DNA of 64,000 bases. It comes from Octopus vulgaris (Eukaryota). The notes under the pieces are model-generated. The model was given only the letters and a program-made list of their open reading frames with translations, was not told the origin of the DNA and made no database searches. Position 1 is the first letter of the stretch, and every line of letters starts with the position of its first letter. The DNA lies in NCBI GenBank assembly GCA_951406725.2, contig OX597817.1:114328001-114392000 (forward strand), given 5' to 3'. Positions 1-13,302 of the stretch are shown here, one piece after another. Position numbers and translations under genes: made by a program.

Positions 1-115
1 TGCTTTATACGTGCCACCGATACAGGTGCAATCAGTTATTTATTATTTTTTGTGCACTAAGGATTTGGGGATTTTCAGTAATGATGATGACGATAATAAT
101 AATAATAATAGCAGT

Positions 116-680
116 GGCTCTCATGGCTTTTGACCTTAACTGATTGAAAGTGTTATCATGTACATTGTTTTGTCTGGTATAAGATATGGGCTACAGCAAA
201 TATTTTACTCAATACCACAGATTTGTTTGTCAGTTGTTTGGCCTTAACCAGTTGAGCATGTCTCTTAGTGGCTGACAATATGTGCATCTCTGATCATGAA
301 CAGAAGTAGTGGTGGGGGAGCATTATAGCCATGTGTTGAGAGAAGTTCTTTGGGGTTTGAATAATTCACCTCTGGAGGCGTGGGTGTTTTGTTCATCATC
401 CTTAAAACAAACCTTATTCAGGGACCTTTTGAGTGGGATGGGCTACTCAACCTGAAGAAAATTCTAACTGGGCCCCCACCTGCAAGATCATGCTCTGTTT
501 ATCTTGGTATGAGATCACCATGTCACGCACATATGGTTGTGATGCATGTGCCTGGTGTACCCTTATCAGATGGGTAGTCATGATGGGTCTACTGGGCTTC
601 GTATATTTTACCTCAGTGTCACCTTGATGGCATGCACTGCTCTCTCACTCAATAATAATAATAATAATAATAATAATAAT
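116..680 (+). mobile_element. Interspersed retroposon-like repeat with (AAT)n tail, sitting in an (AAT)n tract
   Basis: (AAT)n on both sides (about 93-110 and 651-680). A diverged partial second copy at about 11360-11510 shares CTCAATA.CACAGATTTG.TTGTCAGTTGTTT and ATAGCCATGTGTTGAGAG. Confidence 0.7.
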
Positions 681-682
681 CA

Positions 683-880
683 TGGTTTCAAATTTAGGCA
701 CAAGGCTAGTTTTTTGGGAGACAGGGTTAAGTGGATTACATCAACCCCAGTGCTCAACTGGTATTTATTTTATTGATTCCAAAAGGACGAATGGTAAAGT
801 CAACTGTGGTGGAATTTGAACTTAGAATGTGAAGCTGGAAGAAATGCCTCTAAGCATTTTGTCTGGTGTAATAATGCTTC
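683..880 (-). mobile_element. SINE family B (MetaSINE-like core), diverged
   Basis: Reverse complement matches the GTCGACTTTGCCTTTCATCCTTTCGGGGTCGATAAAATAAGTACCAG core seen in many copies in this window. Confidence 0.75.
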
Positions 881-1117
881 TACAAGGCTAGCAGTTTTGA
901 ATGGAGTGGGATTAATCCGTACCATTGATGTCAGTACTTGATTAGTACTTTGATGTATTGATCCCCAGTGGGATGAAAAGTATGAAAAAACAAACTAAAA
1001 GGGATTTTTATAATTAAATATTTTTAGGAATTGAATAAAAAAATTGTTAAAATATTTTGTGTGTTGGAGAAGTATAACTGATTTATTGCATATAAACTTT
1101 TTATTATGCAAATGTGT

Positions 1118-1282
1118 AAAAGCACCCAGTACACTCTGTAAAGTGGTTGGCATTAGGAAGGGCAATCACCCATAGAAATCATGCCAAAACAGATATGGAA
1201 CCTGAACAGTCCTTCAGCTGGTCAGCTTGTGTCAAACTGTCCAATCCATGCCAGCATGGAAAAAGAATGTTAAATGATGATG
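1118..1282 (+). mobile_element. RTE-type 3' end repeat (family E) with (GAT)n tail
   Basis: AAAGCACCCA..ACACTCT..AGTGGTTGGCATTAGGAAGGGCA...TGTCCAATCCATGCCAGCATGGAAA...ATGATGATG, the same motif as 17730-18212 and 31730-31928. Confidence 0.75.
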
Positions 1283-2284
1283 GAACTTTAGAAACAAAAT
1301 TTTATAAGGACTCTCCAAGGGTCATGAGGACCCATTTGAGAACCACTGATGTAGAGTATACAGTTTGTGGGTTGTGTTATATTAATGGATGGCATATGTA
1401 TAGAATATGATTTGTGTGAGTTGCTCATGTTATTGTGTTGCATGGCAATTATACACGATCAGTTTCTAAAATGATTAACATAATATTAGTCATTGAGATA
1501 ATGATTCTCTTGCCTGATCACAAGAATATTTGTAATTAGATTTTTTTTGATGCTCTGCATTAAATATGTTCACCCCTACTTAACTGTCAATTTTCATATA
1601 GATGGCCTCTCTGAGTAATTGAGTTATCAGTGTTTTGTTTTTCACAGAACCGTAGTCTCTGCACTTGTTGAAATAAACATCAATTTATATATTCTGAACT
1701 TTGCACCAGCTTGAACACCATCTGAAGGGCAATTAAATAATACATTGGTTAATGACCAAGTTATCATCAATGAACAGCTAAGAATGGCAAATTTGATGCC
1801 ATAATAGATGACAGTTTAGATTTGGCTTAACTTATAATGATGGTGTTTAGTTAGAGACAATGAATGTTGATGGGGATATTAGGTGTGACTTAACAAAATA
1901 TTATCAGTTATGCTAAATTTGATGATACAAGGAAAATGAGGTTAAATTTCAATGTAATGAGAATTGGTGACAAAGTTAGTTTTAACACTATGAAATCTAA
2001 GTAGTAGGTAATAATTAGAGGAATTGTCTGAGCTAAACAATGTAACACACACACACACACACATACACTTCTTACTCTATAATGACTGGCATGACACTGA
2101 ATGAAAGGCAGGAATTATTCTGTCTTTTTGTCAAGATATTGCATTCATTTTGGAGCTGTATTCTGGTACATGGTGAAACCACCATCGCACATTAATACAT
2201 GTAATTGTACTTGTCTGACATAAAAATATTTGCTCTCTGCTGTTGTGAGTGATAATCTTGTGTCTTTATGATTACGAAAAGTTC

Positions 2285-2430
2285 AGATCCACTTCTTAAG
2301 CTGTCTACTGTGTGGATTGGAGTTTGGGAAGTCTTGGTAAAACATTAGAGCTATTTAGTTGTTGGCTGACATGGCCAAACCATTGCAGTCTCTTTCTTCT
2401 TATTACCTTGTTAATGGTGTATTTTATGTG
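2285..2430 (-). pseudogene. RTE-clade LINE ORF C-terminal fragment
   Basis: Translation INKVIRRKRLQWFGHVS matches the RRRLxWFGHVxR motif of RTE ORFs; disrupted. Confidence 0.75.
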
Positions 2431-3007
2431 AAGAGCTTTGCATACATGCACACACAAATATACATGATTGCTTACATACATGTGAATACATACAACGCAC
2501 ATATAAAAACTCTTGATTTAAAGATCAAGGAGACTATATTCTAAAGAGAATTCGATACAAGCTATATAGATAATTGTAAAATGAATAATTATATTTTATG
2601 GATTTATTATTTTATTGATGAGCTATTGAGCTATTGAATTTAGCAAAAGCATAGATTATTTTCTAAAACAATAACTCGGTTATATAAATCTGTAGAATAT
2701 ATGAATATATACACACACGTGTATGTGTGTATATCTTTTATCTTTTCTTGTTTCAGTCATTGAACTGTGGCCATGCTAGGGCACCACCTTGGTAGGCTTT
2801 AGTCAAACAAATTGAAACCAGTAATTACTTTTTAAAGTGTGGTACATATTTTGTTGGTCTCTTTTGTCAAACCACTAAGCTACGAGGATGTAAACAAACC
2901 AAACTGGTTGTCAAGTAGTGAGTGGACAGACACAAACATATACATACATGTATATATACATAAATACAAGCATACAAGCATAATATATATATATATATCT
3001 TTCTTTT

Positions 3008-3385
3008 TCTCTTTTACTTGTTTCAGTCATTTGACTGTGGCCATGCTGGAGCACCGCCTTTAGTCGAGGAAATCGACCCCAGGACTTATTCTTTGTAAGC
3101 CTAGTACTTATTCTATCAGTCTCTTTTACCGAACCGCTAAGTTATGGGGATGTAAACACACCAGCATCGGTTGTCAAGCGATTTTGGGGGAACAAACACA
3201 GACACACAAACACACACACATATATATATATATACATATGTACGATGGTCTTCTTTCAGTTTCTGTCTACAAAATCCACTCACATGGCTTTGGTCGGCCC
3301 GAGGCTATAGTAGAAGACACTTGCCCAAGGTGCCATGCAGTGGGACTGAACCCGGAACCATGTGGTTGGTAAGCAAGCTACTTAC

Positions 3386-3388
<3 letters not shown>
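3008..3388 (-). mobile_element. tRNA-headed SINE family A (near full length); a second 3' half at 2735-2935
   Basis: Reverse complement of the 44258-44660 copy, with a B-box-like GGTTCAGTCCC and a TGACTGAAACAAGTAAAAGAG tail. Confidence 0.9.
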
Positions 3389-3419
<31 letters not shown>

Positions 3420-3617
3420 CACACAATATATATATATACACACCCACACATATACATATATCCATACATACTCACACACACACACAATGTGTTATGCAAA
3501 AAGCAGTGCACGGTACCAGAATTTTTGACTTGAGTCCAATTACTCCAAACTACTCCATAAGTAGAATCTGGACTGGTCAGTTTGTACTGGCATCAAGTCA
3601 TAAGTTATAATGGTTAA

Positions 3618-3816
3618 GTCGAGCCAAATAGGCATATACTGAAATTATTTAATATGTACATTTCAGGTAAGTATAATATATTATAGAAAATGCAGCCATT
3701 ACTTAAGACTTGCCTCAATGGAAGATCTTACATAATGGACGCATTTCCTATTTTATATTACACATACCTGAAATGTAAATATTTAGTGATTTCAAAATAC
3801 CATTATTTGGCTTGAC
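3618..3816. repeat. Long imperfect inverted repeat (about 97-bp arms, 5-nt spacer), foldback/MITE-like
   Basis: 3618-3714 aligns by eye to the reverse complement of 3720-3816 (e.g. TACATTTCAGGTA / TACCTGAAATGTA, AGCCAAATA / TATTTGGCT). Confidence 0.85.
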
Positions 3817-4004
3817 GTCATTATTACAAATTTTTATATATATATATGTATGTATACATATATACAGGGTGTCCATAAAGTCATGGTGCAATGCCAAACT
3901 GATAGGTTACAGAAACAGAAACATACAAGCACTACTTGTGGACTGATAGTGGGGGACAAACAGACACACAAATACATACACACATATGCATGTGTGTGTG
4001 TGTA

Positions 4005-4066
<62 letters not shown>

Positions 4067-4104
4067 TACACATATATATGCATACATACATACATATATA
4101 CATA

Positions 4105-4620
4105 CATGGTGGCTGTCCCCTCGTTATCGAGTATGGCCATTGCATGAAGCTTAATCAATGTTGTTATCGTGCAATGCCTGTGCAAGAAGATTTTTTTTAA
4201 AGTGAGGAAAGGCTGTGCACTGAATCAATCCCACTCACTAAGCAACAGCAGCCATAATCCGAAAAGAAGAACAAGTCAACATCATCGGTAACCACTGAGC
4301 TGCAGGTTTTATGTCGGAGTTATCCCAGTTACCTGAGTTACCTTCTCCTAGAAGGATGCTCTAACAAAGCCTAGGAGTCCTTCACTCCCAATGGTTTAAC
4401 CACGCGATTGGGTATTCAGGCTGATTATTTCTATGTCCCCGTGCATTATACATCCTTAAAACATTTATTGGATGGCCGTTGACTCTCAAGAGTTCCTCCG
4501 CCCTTTGACGGGTTTTGTTTTTCATCCCACAGGGTGTCCAATAAACACCCTCCTCACCAAGCAAGCTTGGTGGGGGTTGCCAGTTTAGTCGCTGATGACC
4601 CGACCATGCAACAGGTTGTA
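4105..4620 (-). mobile_element. Non-autonomous RTE-derived element, copy 1 (5'-shortened)
   Basis: Closely similar to 24178-24734. The minus-strand 3' end GGCCATACTCGATAACGAGGGGACAGCCACC(ATGT)n has the CTCG-loop-CGAG stem typical of RTE tails. (CATA)n on both flanks. Confidence 0.8.
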
Positions 4621-4691
4621 CATACATACATACATACATACATACATACATACATACATACACACATACATATATATACATATACACACAC

Positions 4692-4743
<52 letters not shown>

Positions 4744-6407
4744 GTATGAATGATAGGCTTCTTTCAGTTTTCATCTTCTGAATCCATTCACAAGTCTTTG
4801 GCTGGTCTGAGGCTATAGTAAAAGATACTTGCCCACAGTACCATTCAGTGGAACTGAACCTGGGACTGTGTGTTTGGGAAGCAAACTTCTTACCACACAG
4901 TCGCACTTACATATATGTGATTGGTGTCTTTCAATGTCTGTCTATTAAATCCATTCAGAAGGTTTTGGTTGGCCTGGGGCTACATTTGAAGACATTTGCC
5001 CAAGTTGCCATGCAGTGGGACTGAACCCCAAACCATGTGGTTGGAAGCATTAACATACAGCCACACCGTATACTTCTTTGAGAAAAATGATTCTCTTTTA
5101 ACAAAATCGGTCCAGTTATAGATAGTTTGTTATGACTTCAGTCACCAGAAAGGCAGTTAACCAGTGATAAGCCTTTTGGAAACCTAATACAACCAACGCT
5201 ATTGTTTGCAAATTACCATTGAAATAAGTACAAATAAAAACCAGCAACCCACTAGAGCCAGATATATCTCATGATAGTTACAACACAGTGGTTTAATAGG
5301 GTTTGATCATTCTCAGTAATTTCCAGGTCTTCTGTTCAGATGCTATTTACAAAATCTGCCTTATTTGACATATGGACAATATCCAGGGGGCAGAAGAAGA
5401 TCCACAGTTTTTTTAACACTGTCAAATCTCTCCACCATATGTTCTATGCCTCTCTTTTCCTCTCGGGTTCAATCCTTCTTTTCAGCTCTCTGTTGCATTC
5501 TCTCTGTATCTGTTTATGTATCTCTGTCTGTCTATTGCTCTCTCTCTCTCTCTGATATTCAGTCTTTCTCTCGCATGCTCTATCTTGCTTTATCTTTCTG
5601 TTTGTCTCTCAAATTCTGCAATCTCTCTTTCCCCTTGCTCTTTCTCTTTTGCCGTTTCTTTGTCAGTTATAATAAGTTCTATAAGAGCTTCCTGGAGATT
5701 CTTATCTACAATGTCACCATCCAGCCAACACTCTTGAATGTGTTGATATGCACTTAATGTATGAAGGACCTTGCAACACATTGTCTACTTGAAATCTTGA
5801 TCTTGAGTGAGTTAGCAAAGAAAAAAGAGGAAGACTGTGGTATACAAGAATTGAAGAATAGAAGAATGCAAATAATTATTTCATTCAAGAAGTGTTTTAT
5901 GCCAAACTTAATATATCCTCTGTCAAATTCTTTCGAATGAAAGCATTGATTTCTTGGTGACCCCAGTTGTTATATCCTTTTTGTGGTGGTCTTGGACGGA
6001 CGAGTGTTCAGGGGTTGGGGAAGGGGACAGAAACCTGTGGATTGGTTGTTTTCTTAAATGGTTTAGCGATTCTTTTACCTACTTGCTGACAACCCTCTCC
6101 TCTTCTGTCCACTTTATATATTGTCTCTTCTATATCTCTGTGTGAAGTCATGGAAGCATTAATAATTTAGTTATTGAAAATTTTATGCATATATATATAT
6201 GTGTGTGTGTTTCTATATGTATGCATGTGTGAGTTCACATATCTACACACTACATGCAACAGACTTGTACATGTGTATGTCTATATATATGCAGAAATGT
6301 GTGTGTCTATTTATAAATATATATATATACACACATACAATAAATATATATATATATATACACAATAAATATATATGTACATACAATATATATATATATA
6401 TATATAC

Positions 6408-6467
<60 letters not shown>

Positions 6468-6473
6468 ATACAT

Positions 6474-6506
<33 letters not shown>

Positions 6507-6598
6507 ATATATATATACATACATACATACATACATACATACATACATACATACATAAATATATATATATATACATACATACATATATATATACATAC

Positions 6599-6629
<31 letters not shown>

Positions 6630-6796
6630 CATGTGTGTGTGTGAAAGCTGTTCATCTGGAAAGAGTTGGGAATAGTTTCAGGATGAGCAATATAATTTAT
6701 TCTCTGACTTTGGGCAAGGGATTTGGAGAACTGTGAAACTTATCAACTCGATTTTCAGACTATATTTTATCTATGAAGCTTGAGTATTGGTGTGAG

Positions 6797-6839
<43 letters not shown>

Positions 6840-7177
6840 TAGAGAGAGAGAGTAATGCAAACATACATGGGCATGTGCAAGCGCCTACACATACCTACCC
6901 ACACAGACATGCACATGCACACACACACCATACACTTGTAGCATCTTGAAATATTTAATCAATTATGTGATCGTACAATAGAAAGGGAAATGTGAGAACC
7001 AATGATGAGAAAAGAGAAAGAGGTCAAGAGCGCCCGAGTAAAAGATAGAGAGAAAGAAAAAAGAGGTGGAGTGGAAGAAAGAGAGAGGAAGAGAAGTGTG
7101 AGTTAAGTGAGGTGTAACATTTATCAGTGTGTATTCTTAAAGCAAGACGTTGTACACATATGCACACTTATGCGCAT

Positions 7178-7219
<42 letters not shown>

Positions 7220-7541
7220 TATGTTCCAAAGTAAATCTTGGAAATCCTCCACTGATATGCAGACTTATTTATAAGACAATATAAGCTCAGTACTGTAGAC
7301 AAGAAGATATCAGGCTTTACTAAATGTCTACACACATGAAAGATAGTTGATTGGTAGTGTTATTAATGTGTCAGACAAATGCTTCGCAATATTTATTCCT
7401 TTTTCTTTGCGCTCTATGACCAAATTCCACCAAAGTCAACTCTGCTGTTCATCCTTTCAGGGTTGATAAATTAAAGTACCAGTCAAGTAGTACGGTCAAT
7501 TCTTTGTCTCCGCCACTGTGCTCTCTCTTTCTCTCCTTCAG

Positions 7542-7610
7542 AGTTAACTGTTCTTCACCTGGTTATTGTTGTTCAAATGAAGATAGCTGCTTGTCTCCCA
7601 CCAAGTCCAG
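7542..7610 (+). CDS. Candidate 69-nt cassette exon of an unidentified gene
   Basis: Acceptor ctctctctttctctccttcAG and donor CAG|GTAAGA; length divisible by 3. Two frames are open (phase 1 ELTVLHLVIVVQMKIAACLPPSP; phase 2 VNCSSPGYCCSNEDSCLSPTKS). Confidence 0.5.
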
Positions 7611-9981
7611 GTAAGAGAGTGGAGTTAAGCTTGAAGATTAGTGACCTGTTCTCATTAAAACCTAATTTGCTACAGAAACAGTGTCATGACAACAAGCCTT
7701 TGCAGTCTGGAAGTAGATACAGTGGGGTATTGAGGAACAAATGTGTAACACAAGATAGGATGGATACATGCAGATGCACATGCACATACATATTCACAAA
7801 TACACAAATGACGATTGGGAAAGCCAACAAGGTTACTAGTGGAAATAAATGCTAGAAATAGTAGTCAAATTTTCCTCAGTTTCTATATTCCTTCTTAAAA
7901 AAAAATAATAAAGAATAAAAGGGTAAAGACCCATTTGGTCATGAATGATCATGGGATTGCACTTAGAAAGTTACCCTCTGAAGCACAAGTCTGGACAAGG
8001 TTGTTTATGGAAGACCAGCAGTTACCCATACATACTAGCCTCCCCTCTCCTGAAAGAAGCCCATCATATATATATATTTGTGTGCTTGTGTTTGTGTTTG
8101 TCCCACGCCACCATCACTTGACCACCAATGTTGGTGTGTTTACATCTCCATAACTTAGTGGTTCAGCAAAAGAGACCAATAGAATAAGTTCTAGGCTTAC
8201 AAAGAATAAGTCTTGGGGTCAATTTGTTCAACTAAAACCCCTTAAGGTGGTGCTCCAGCATGACCACAGTCAAATGACTGAAACAAGTAAAAAATTCTAG
8301 ATTTACACTGTCTAAACAAAAGACTGAATGGTTGCAATTCCTTTAAAAATAGCTCAGCTCAATAAGCAGTGATGTGGGACTAGACAACAGCAACAAGAGC
8401 AACAACAACTATTACACACATATTCATGTGAGCATCTGCCCACAGCTGACAAAGTAGGCAGACCTTTGAGACTATAAGGTCTGACTTCTTTAAATTTTGT
8501 AAATGTGAAATTGCTGAATGAATTAAAGTATTGGCCAGCAGCTCATGATTCTTGAGTTCTAATTTGCTATGAATATTTTATTGAGTCTTAGACAGTTCTC
8601 TTAAATCTATCCTGCTCCTCCTCTCCCCTCCCCCTCCTCCTCATCATCATCATCAGTGTGCCATGCTGGTATGGGTTAGATGGTTTGATTGGATCTGGTA
8701 GGCCGGAGAGCTTTGGCATGGTTTCTGCAACCGGATCCCCTTCCTAATGCCAACCACTCCAAGAGGGTGATGGGTATTTTTTACATGCCACTGGCATGGA
8801 TGTTTCTATGTGCCACTGGCACCAGGTGCCCGTTATGTGACACCAGCATCGGCCTCGACTACGATTTCACTTGACTTCACAAATCTTCTGAAGCTGGGGT
8901 AAATACCACATATCTGATATGTTTGTTACTTGAATTAGGTAGATCCAATGAACCTGTGATGAAGCCTCTGTGTGGTTGCTCAATTTGTTAGAAATAGCAG
9001 CAAATCACTTCTTACCACTTTACAAATGGAGACACCTTGGCTAATTTGGTTCTAGATAAATTCTTTCTGTATCTCTTTCTCTCTCACACCACACAAACAT
9101 GCACCTACAGAGAAATACAAACGCCTACAGAACTGTGAACAATCAGATGGTTAAATAAGCTTCAGAGAATTAGGAGTATAAATAAAAACACATCGTTCAT
9201 CAAGTGTTCTCTTAATTTTACTTTGAAATAGCTGTGACAACTTGTAGTAGAATTTGTTAGATCTGAAAAAGTTTAGTTTCTGAGAGGAGTGGAAAAAATC
9301 TATGGATGTTAGCTTTTTTTTCTCTCTCCATTTCTCACCACAACAAAATGTTCTTTTTTTGACACCTGATAAAGTCTCTTGATTATTTTTACCAGTATTG
9401 CTGACATAGGCAATCACCAAGTTCTTTGGATTCCTGATTTTATTCTGATAGCTTTTAATTTCACAAACTCAAATATTTACAGGAACATTTTTTTTTCTTC
9501 TATTCAGTCCTTTTTTTTATAACACTTCTAGGTTGCAGTTATAACCATGTTCATTTGTATGCTTTACTGCTATTTTTTCCTGCTAGGATGGATTGGATGA
9601 ATGCATATTGTTGAGGCAGTGTTTTATCCATACCTGTTTCTCAAGTAAAGGAGTTTTCATTCCAATCTTCGAAAATGCAGAACTACTGGACAATTTGTTG
9701 ACAGGGAAATGACAACAGATAACATCCTCTTGTAGCTCGGTGATGCTTCAAATAATTGCAGAACACAAACATTCACACAAACACAGATGCACATAAATAT
9801 GCACATGCATGCACACATACATACACATACAAAGTGTGATTACATACTTGCACACACAATAACGGGATAAAATTTACATATATGTGTGTATGCGTGTGTG
9901 TATGTATATATGTGTATGTATTCATACATATATATATATGTATGTATGCATATATATATTTGTGTGAGTATGTAATCATAG

Positions 9982-10012
<31 letters not shown>

Positions 10013-10339
10013 TGTATGTATGTATGTATGTATGTATGAATGTATGTATGTATAATTTGGGTGCATATGTATACATTGTTTATGTTTTTCCATGTAAGCA
10101 TAAATTGGACAGGAGTTGATTTTGAGAAGAATTTCTATGGTTGGATGCTCTACCTGTCACCATACATGTTCTTCAAGTAAGGGATACTTTATTTCACAGA
10201 TCTTTGAAATACAAACGTCACTATTGCTTTGCTCAAATGTGTGTGTATGTGTGTGTATGGTCTGAATTAAAATGGCCTAAATTAAAACCTTTCTCAAGCA
10301 TTTCATATTAATTTATGTTCCAAACATATTCATGTTCCG

Positions 10340-10552
10340 TTGGCAAGCTGGCAGGTTCGTTAGCATGCTGGGCAAAATGCTTAGCAGCATTGAGTCTGTC
10401 TTTATGTTCTGGGTTCAAATTCCACCAAGGTCAACTTTACTTTTCATCCTTTTTGGGGTTGATGAAATAAGTACCAGTTGAGCACTGGGATCAATGTAAT
10501 TGGCTTACCCTCTCCCATAAAATTACTGGCCTTGTGCCAAAATTTGAAGCCA
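10340..10552 (+). mobile_element. SINE family B inserted in a TTAA-type MITE remnant (about 10260-10670)
   Basis: GGCAAGCTGGCAG..CGTTAGCATGCTGGGCAAAATGCTTAGC head plus core; the host repeat resumes afterwards and ends AAAGGATTAA. Confidence 0.8.
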
Positions 10553-12003
10553 AATTATATTCCAAACACTAACTTGATAATAATTTTCACCAAACTCCTT
10601 TATTATTTTTAAAATCATTTGAAACAAAAGCTCTTTATTTTTAACAGAAATATTACAACAAAAGGATTAAAACTCATTTGAAATTTTTTGATGCTATTGA
10701 TTGTCCTTAGTCCGTTGCCATAAACTTCCCGTTTTAAAGTGATTTGAATTTAAACCTTCCATCAAAGTTTCATGTTTAATTTATGTTCCAGACACCAGAT
10801 TAATAATGACACAGTTTACTAAATTCTTCATAATTTTCAAAATTAATTGAAACAAGGCAATGTAATTCATCAGGAACATGATAAAAACATGTTACCAATG
10901 GTAGGAAGAGATTACTGAGGTAGTTACGCCATTTTACATTTGAGAAATGGGGAGAAAAAATACATAACAAAGAAGCTACTTTGTTTGTTTGTGATTGACT
11001 TCACTTGCTGCTGCATTTGAAAGAATTAATCAGCTTTGCTGTTCATCCTTCTGTGGTTGATAAAATAATGTATGGTCAAGTACTGGTGTCAATTTAATCA
11101 ACTAGCCTCTCCTGCTAAATGTTTCCAGTATGATAACATATATTACACTGTGTAACAAAATTTGAATTCTTTTTGTCTTTTGTCAGTAAGTGTTATTTAG
11201 CTGTTTGCTTTTATCTAGAGATCAAAGGAAATGATTTCTCTTCCCTCCAAACTCTGCTTTTGTGATCTGGAGATCAATGTTTTAAAACTGATCTACTTTC
11301 CATTACATTTCAGACAAATTCAGTGCTGAGTTGCTGAAGCAGAAATATCGTTATGGTAATCATTCTGCTCAATATCACAGATTTGCTTGTCAGTTGTTTA
11401 AGCTTATCCACTTGAGCATGTTCCTTACAAAATGTGCATCTCTCATCATGAGCAGGAATAGTGGGAGAGTGTCATAGCCATGTGTTGAGAGGGTTTCTTT
11501 GGGTTTGAATAAATGTAACAAAAGCAAAGTTTGAAAGAATTATTAGCCATTTTCATATTTTCTAGGGGTAAACAAATAGAAAACAACAGTTGCTATCCAA
11601 GTACAAAAATTGTGTTATACAGTATTATAACTTAGTGGGATTCTGTCAGTCTTTATGTTCTGAGTTCAAATTCCATGAATGTCAATTTTACCTTTCATTC
11701 TTTTGGAGGTCAATGAAAATAAGTGTCAACTAGCTCCATCTCATTAAAATTTCAGGCCTTGTGCTTATAGTAGAAGGGAGTATTTTTCTCTAGCTAAACA
11801 CATTCTCTTTTAAAAAATGAAGTTCAATTTAGACATTGCCATACTTTTAGCTTGTCCTGCTCTCATTTTTCTTATAACTCAGTGAGGAAAGCAAATAAAT
11901 TTTTCTCTCTTCCACTTGGTAGTGAATCCTTTTCTATTCTCTCTCTTCCAAACATCTCCATGGTTATCCTTTCCTGTACCTCCCTTATCCACACACCAAG
12001 TAA

Positions 12004-12183
12004 CCCTTTAGCATTTAAACCAGCCATATCTGGCCAAAATATTCTACCTGTTTTATGTTCAAACTAGTCAGATCTGGCCTCTCACACCAACCCTACAATA
12101 TCATTTTAAAAATTAACAGTTACCTCATCAAAATCTCAAAGCTACAAGATAAAGCAAGACTAATTCAAAGCAATACTAAAGGA
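12004..12183. mobile_element. piggyBac-like MITE (internally deleted copy)
   Basis: CCCTTTAGCATT start and AATACTAAAGGA-TTAA end; same family as 29259, 33457, 46417 and 54830. Confidence 0.8.
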
Positions 12184-12379
12184 TTAATTGTCATCGTAGG
12201 TGTGCCACAGTGTAACCTGAATATAATTTTTTTCCCCTATACTTCTAGTTATATTGTTAGTTCAGGTGTGGCACCGAATTTTGAAAAGAATATAAGTGTA
12301 CTGCAAGTGAAAAAAGGTCGTGGAGCACTTGTCTAAACACACAAAGACCAGATAGTGGTGGCATGTCATTTATTCACCC

Positions 12380-12995
12380 CCTTCTTTCTCGCCTTCTCTT
12401 TCCACCTCTCCCTTCCCCTCTTTCTGTCTCTCTTTGTTTCGGATGTGATGGTGAGATGGGGTCATTTTTTATCATCTTCACCTGGTAATGTGTTTCTTCT
12501 TTGTCTTTCTCTCTTCTGAATTACTAACAGTTTCTCTTCATCTCTCCTTCTTCTCCTACTCAGACAACTTTGATAATGCATTCATTCTTTCTGTCTCTCT
12601 GTATTTCTCTCTTTATTACACTTGTTCTCTCTCTTTCTTGCTCTCTCTCTTACACTTGATTTTTATCTTTTATACTTGTTCTCTCTCTTTCATGCTTTCT
12701 CTCTCTCTCTCATGCATTCTCTCTCTTATACTCTCTCTCTCTCTTTTACACTTGCTCTCTCTCTCTTACACTTGCTACCTCTCTCTGTTATGCTCTCTCT
12801 TTCTCTCTCTATTATGCTCTCGCTCTCTCTTATGCTCTCGCTCTCTCTTATGCTCTCTCTCTCTCTCTATTATGCTCTCTCTCTGTTATGCTCTCTCTCT
12901 GTTATGCTCTCTCTCTCTCTCTCTCTCTACTATGCTTACTCTATCTCTCTCTGTTATGCTCTGCTCTCTCTCCAATTTTTTCCTCACTCTTTTCA
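12380..12995 (+). repeat. Long CT-rich tract with TTATGCTCTCTCT / TTACACTTGCTCT sub-repeats
   Basis: Directly visible; source of the 245-aa L/S-rich ORF. Confidence 0.9.
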
Positions 12996-13302
12996 GAGTT
13001 ACTAGCCTCAAGGTTATAAATTTTCTTCTTCTCCACTTACCACCACCACCACCACCACCATCAGCACCACCACAACCTCACCTGCCCACCCACCTCACCC
13101 AATCACCTTCTAGCTCCATGCTGTTTTCCTGTCTGTCTCTCCCCCTCTCTAATTTTGTTTTGCTTTTATGTCTGTGTCCCCTCCCCCACCCCTTTTATAC
13201 ATCCTTGGGGCCTTTATATTATTAGATATTTACCGAATCATGACAAATGTTTTCCACCAAGTAAATTTATGTGTAGTTTATTGACTTTTTTTTTTACATT
13301 AG

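Noticed and set aside
1860-2010. Possible CR1/L2 reverse transcriptase trace (YAKFDDT, SFNTMKSK)
   Set aside because: Too degraded to assign by eye.
3865-3900. TA-CAGGGTGTCC mariner-like TIR start
   Set aside because: No matching right end found nearby; at most a solo fragment.
12488-13225. 245-aa Leu/Ser-rich ORF that looks membrane-like
   Set aside because: It is a CT microsatellite tract with no possible stops. The same applies to 20341-20797 and 35014-35554.
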